Below, piece after piece: positions 28,427 through 32,000 of a DNA stretch of 32,000 nucleotides. Each line of letters starts with the position of its first letter. The first letter of the stretch is position 1. Source of the stretch: Candidatus Saccharimonadota bacterium (lineage in GTDB: Bacteria; Patescibacteriota; Gracilibacteria; BD1-5; UBA6164); the NCBI GenBank assembly GCA_004563595.2, contig CP042461.1, positions 1,290,001 through 1,322,000 of the forward strand. The letters are read 5' to 3'. Both the position numbers and the translations under genes were made by a program. Under the pieces are notes generated by a model. It was not told where the DNA came from. It did no database searches and saw nothing but the letters and a program-made list of their open reading frames with translations.

Positions 28427-29761
28427 TTAATAACTTTTTGATCATAAGTCTAGCTCGTCTTCCATATTAATATGAAGGTCCTCTGATCATGTAATTCATA
28501 GAATTGTATAATCTATTCATGACTTTACAAGATTTAATGTAATTACGGTACTTGAAGTTGTTCCAGCAATAACTATTTTATAGTCCTCTCCTCTTGTGGA
28601 ATTTGACAGTGTTCTATTTGTCTGTAGTAGTGCTGACATATTAAACTCTAATACATCACCACTCATGACTCATACTACTCTATTTGATGAACTTTCACTA
28701 TTATAAATAGAATAAACAACATCGGCATCTCAACTTGATCATAGCGTTGATAAGCGAAGTTTTTCAAGCTCTATAGTAGGAGAATTATTTCAATTTTCAA
28801 TAGTATTATTCCCAAACATAGCTCTGATATTCAACTCTGGAATGTTACTTGAAAGATTTTGCTCTACCTTTACTTCTAATACACCGGGAACAATAGAAAA
28901 AAGTTCTCATGGTTCAGTAACAGTATACATAGCTATATCATTTCCTGATGAGATTCCTTTTACATCATCAAATCAAACTTTACTTACATAGATATCCTTG
29001 ATAGTTTTCCCTGCTTTTTCCCTCCCTATTGGTGCTGTTTTTATCTTAAGGCGTGCTTGTCTAATATTTTGAGTGATTATAAAATCATTAAGATTATCAA
29101 AGGTAATTTTTGCTTGGGTAGAACTAATAATATCTAGCTTTGATGATCATACTGAATCTATTACACTTCATTCAAGATATAACGTAGCTGTTTCGATCGA
29201 ACTCTTTATATCTGTTAGGTCTTCTGGCCCCGAAATATAAAAGATAACTTTCCCTACGTCAGACGCTTCGTATAACGAGCTAAAGCTTTGTTTATATATA
29301 AATACTTCCTCTCAAGCTAAAAGAGTTTTCTCTTCTTCATTATAACTATCTGAGAATCCTGGATACACTGTCATTTCTTTCTCTTCTATTATTTTTTCGT
29401 CTTCAGTGATTTCATTATCTTTTATGATTATTGCTTGCTCTGATTTTAAAGCAGCTAATGTATATGAAGTTTTTAGAGTTAAATAATTGAGTATTAATTT
29501 TAATTTTTTTGATCTCACATCAGTTCTATATTTTAATTTTTTTTCAAGAGAGGTCAGTTTGTTTGTAAGAAGATTCAAAAAGATTTCATTTTCTTTCTTT
29601 TTTTCTAGAAGACTATCAATAGCTTTGATGTATTTACTTCAATTTGTAATAATTGAAAGTCTTTCTGCTGATTCAGAAATATCATTTTCTAGGTTTGCAT
29701 GTACTCAACTTTGAGAGAATACAAATAGAAAAGATAGTAACAATGTAATAATTTTTTTCAT
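28427..29761 (-). CDS. secreted hypothetical protein (444 aa)
   Basis: ATG at 29759-29761, TAA at 28427-28429, frame checked. Signal peptide MKKIITLLLSFLFVFSQSGVHA, a coiled-coil N-terminal part, then a beta-rich C-terminal part. Contains track ORF 29312-29578. Confidence 0.75.
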
Positions 29762-29828
29762 GATCATAATATTAAAAAATTAAATATAATTCTATTATAT
29801 ACAATCCTAAATTTTACACAACAAAAAA

Positions 29829-29852
29829 CCCACTCTTTCGAGTGGGTTTTTT
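29829..29852 (-). terminator. rho-independent terminator of the surface-protein gene
   Basis: CCCACTCtttcGAGTGGG, flanked by A- and T-runs. A second hairpin, ACTTACaaaaGTAAGT, lies at 29855-29870. Confidence 0.7.
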
Positions 29853-29907
29853 GTACTTACAAAAGTAAGTTTTTTTAACTAATCGTATAGATTAATTACG
29901 ATTGAGA

Positions 29908-32000
29908 CTAGTAAGATCTAGTACCCATATCTAATTCATCAGACATATTGTTAGTTAATGAAGTAGCACCAGTATTGTCAGCAACACTGTATGTAACCCC
30001 AGTTTCTAATAATTGTAGAGATGAAGTATCACCATCTGCAGTACCAGTAATAGTGATTTTGAATGTTTCACTAGAACCAGCTGAGATTGTTTGATTTGTA
30101 TCAGTCATACCAGCAAGAGTAAATGTAACTATATCAGGACTAGTAGTAATTACTCATGTGATAGTATCACTTGAGTCATCAGTATTAGATATAGTATATA
30201 CTTCAGCACCTGCGATAGAAGTACCAAGAGTAGAGAACACTAATACGTCAACTAATGTGTTAGCAGTAGAGTTATCATTATCTTTAGTATTGTCTCCAGC
30301 AGTAGAAGTTAATTTTAATTCTGGTGTAGTACTAGAATTAAGAGAAGCTTCTACAGAAGCTGTAAGAAGAATAGGAACTATAGCAGTATCTTTAGAAGAA
30401 CTAGAGATAGCTAATGTTTCATTCGTAGCATCTTTACCAGAATCAACACCTTGAACATCATTTAATGCAATATTAGTTATGTTAATACCTGTAACTGTAG
30501 CACCATTTTTTTGGTAACCAATAGTTTCAGTATTTAATACTAATTTAAGTTCAGCAGTAGACTCTTCAACTATTAAATTATCTAAATCATCAAAAGTAAT
30601 AGTAGTAGCAGTAACATCACCGATATTATTCGTATCAATTAATGTATCATCTAAGTATAGAGATGCATTAACTATTTTTTCTGTTAAATCAGTATCAACA
30701 GTGAAAACAACAGTTTCAACATCCATAGATTCATTAATAGATTGAACATCAACTGAGAATACAGTTTCAGAAGAACCAGCTAAAATAGTTTTAGCATCTT
30801 CATTGTCTTCATTATTAGCATCAGCAGTTATAGTAAGTTCACCGAATCCAGTAATAGAGATTTGTCTATTAGAAAGGATATTAGTAGTAACAGTAACATC
30901 ATCTTTATCATCATCTTCAACACTTAAAGAAGTAAGAGTTGTTTCGATAAATCTTTGATCTACTGCATCTTGTCCATCAACGATAGAAAGAACAACAATA
31001 AATGTTTCAGTAGCGTTAGATTCTATTTTAACGTCTGTAAAGTCGTTAAATGTAACAGTACCATCAGAAGCAATTTTAGAACCAGATTCTTGGTCTAATA
31101 AATTAGCCTCAGAAACAGAACCTACGTATAATCTTGCTTCAGAGATAGTTTGACTTGGTAAGTTAGTTGAACTAAATATAAATACTTCAGCTTGAGCAGT
31201 AACAGCAACAACATTAGCAGTTGTAGCAACATTTGAACCAGCTAAATCACCAGTAGCATTAGCAGCAGAAGGGCTAGTGAAAGCAGTTCCTGCAACAGCA
31301 GCAGTTAAAACAAGATCAGCACCAGCGCTTGTTAATGTTATACCAGCTGTAGCGTAAGCAGCAGCATTAGCAGTAACAAAATTAGCTGCAGTAGTAGTAA
31401 GATCAGTAGCAAAAGTAGAAGTTAATGGACTACCTGTAACACCAGCTGTAGTAATAGCTGCAGTACCTGAAGTACCAGTAATAGTAAGAGTATCTACTTG
31501 AGCAACTGCAGTAACAGCAACAACAGCAGCAGCAGCAGTTGGGTTAATTTTAGCAATTACTTCATCAACAGTTACGTAAGAAGATTCTTCAGCTTCAACT
31601 TCCCATTGTAAAGCAACAATATCTTTTGCTCCTCTAACAACAGTAATATCAGATAAATTAACTTCAGAAGCAGTAGCTCCAGATTCAGAACCATCAATAG
31701 AGTTAAAAGAAACACTAGAAGGAGTGATATCAGTAACTTCTTTATCATCTTCAGTTTCTTCAACATAGAAAGCACCTGCAGTTAATATATTAGTATTACC
31801 AGTAACAAAAGAGATTTCAAATGAAGCACTATCAAATAAATTGATATCTTCACCAGTATCAGCTCTAATAGACCAATTAGTTGATCCTTGAGGAATAATA
31901 ACATCTATACTATCTTCAGAATAGATATCAGAACTTGTACCTCCTAATTGTAATTCATACGAAGAACCTGTTTCTTCATTATATAATTCAACATCATCAA
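29908..32000 (-). CDS. large acidic Thr/Ser/Ala-rich surface (S-layer-like) protein, C-terminal >697 aa (5' end beyond window)
   Basis: TAG at 29908-29910. The frame was checked to position 32000 with no TAA/TAG. It joins track ORFs 29908-30108 and 30154-30726 through a single TGA (30154-30156). It shows repeated beta-sandwich-like modules (e.g. TVTFNDFTDVKIESNATETFIVVLSIVDG and TITFDDLDNLIVEESTAELKLVLNTETIG) and an Ala/Thr-rich segment. Confidence 0.8.

Noticed and set aside
30158-31775. ORFs 30158-30454 (+) and 31572-31775 (-).
   Set aside because: One is on the opposite strand of the surface-protein CDS and the other is in an alternative frame of it. The Leu/Lys repeats of 31572-31775 are a frame artefact of the Thr/Ala-rich codons.
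1-32000. Interpreting the many short TGA-interrupted ORFs as a decayed, pseudogene-rich genome.
   Set aside because: Every interrupted gene becomes a full-length, motif-complete protein when TGA is read as sense. TAA and TAG never interrupt these frames. Each gene ends next to a terminator hairpin.
1-32000. UGA = Trp (table 4, Mollicutes-like) or selenocysteine.
   Set aside because: TGA falls on invariant Gly positions (P-loops, GPGSFTG, GxxG), not on Trp columns. TGG is used for Trp. The density of TGA (up to about 1 in 8 codons) excludes Sec.

Overview
AT-rich bacterial chromosomal segment (GC estimated by eye at about 30%) that is only coherent under translation table 25, where UGA encodes Gly. 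This points to a Gracilibacteria (BD1-5) or Absconditabacteria (SR1) type candidate-phyla-radiation lineage. The supplied six-frame track uses the standard code, so it breaks almost every gene at in-frame TGA codons. I re-read both strands by hand with TGA as sense, scanning codon by codon for in-frame TAA/TAG across the CDS over about 500 nt (the short genes were translated directly). This gives about 31 tightly packed CDS, 3 tRNAs, many rho-independent hairpin terminators and a small family of GC-rich REP-like repeats. Content from left to right: (1) FecR-domain and CHASE2-sensor gene pair. (2) FtsB-like and pilin-like small membrane proteins. (3) A scrambled translation cluster: KH protein, rpsP, tRNA-Leu, rpmB, rpsJ, tuf, two tiny basic ORFs, tRNA-Ala, tRNA-Asp. 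(4) ftsX. (5) An accessory block of three very large uncharacterised proteins (771, 1146 and 570 aa), interrupted by a convergent pair of small membrane-protein genes that contain no TGA and carry Shine-Dalgarno-like motifs. (6) Housekeeping genes queA, a DsbA-like gene, era, a bPH/YdbT-like gene, tsaB and mfd. (7) A cyclophilin-FKBP fusion lipoprotein. (8) A surface/secretome block: secreted Cys-containing protein, RAYT-like HUH transposase, LRR lipoprotein, secreted 444-aa protein, and a >697-aa acidic Thr/Ser-rich S-layer-like protein that runs off the window. No CRISPR array, rRNA, or recognisable defence or phage module was seen. The most unusual signals are the recoded UGA and its very uneven use, the TGA-free gene pair, and the block of giant unknown proteins. 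All coordinates and translations were derived by hand and should be confirmed computationally.
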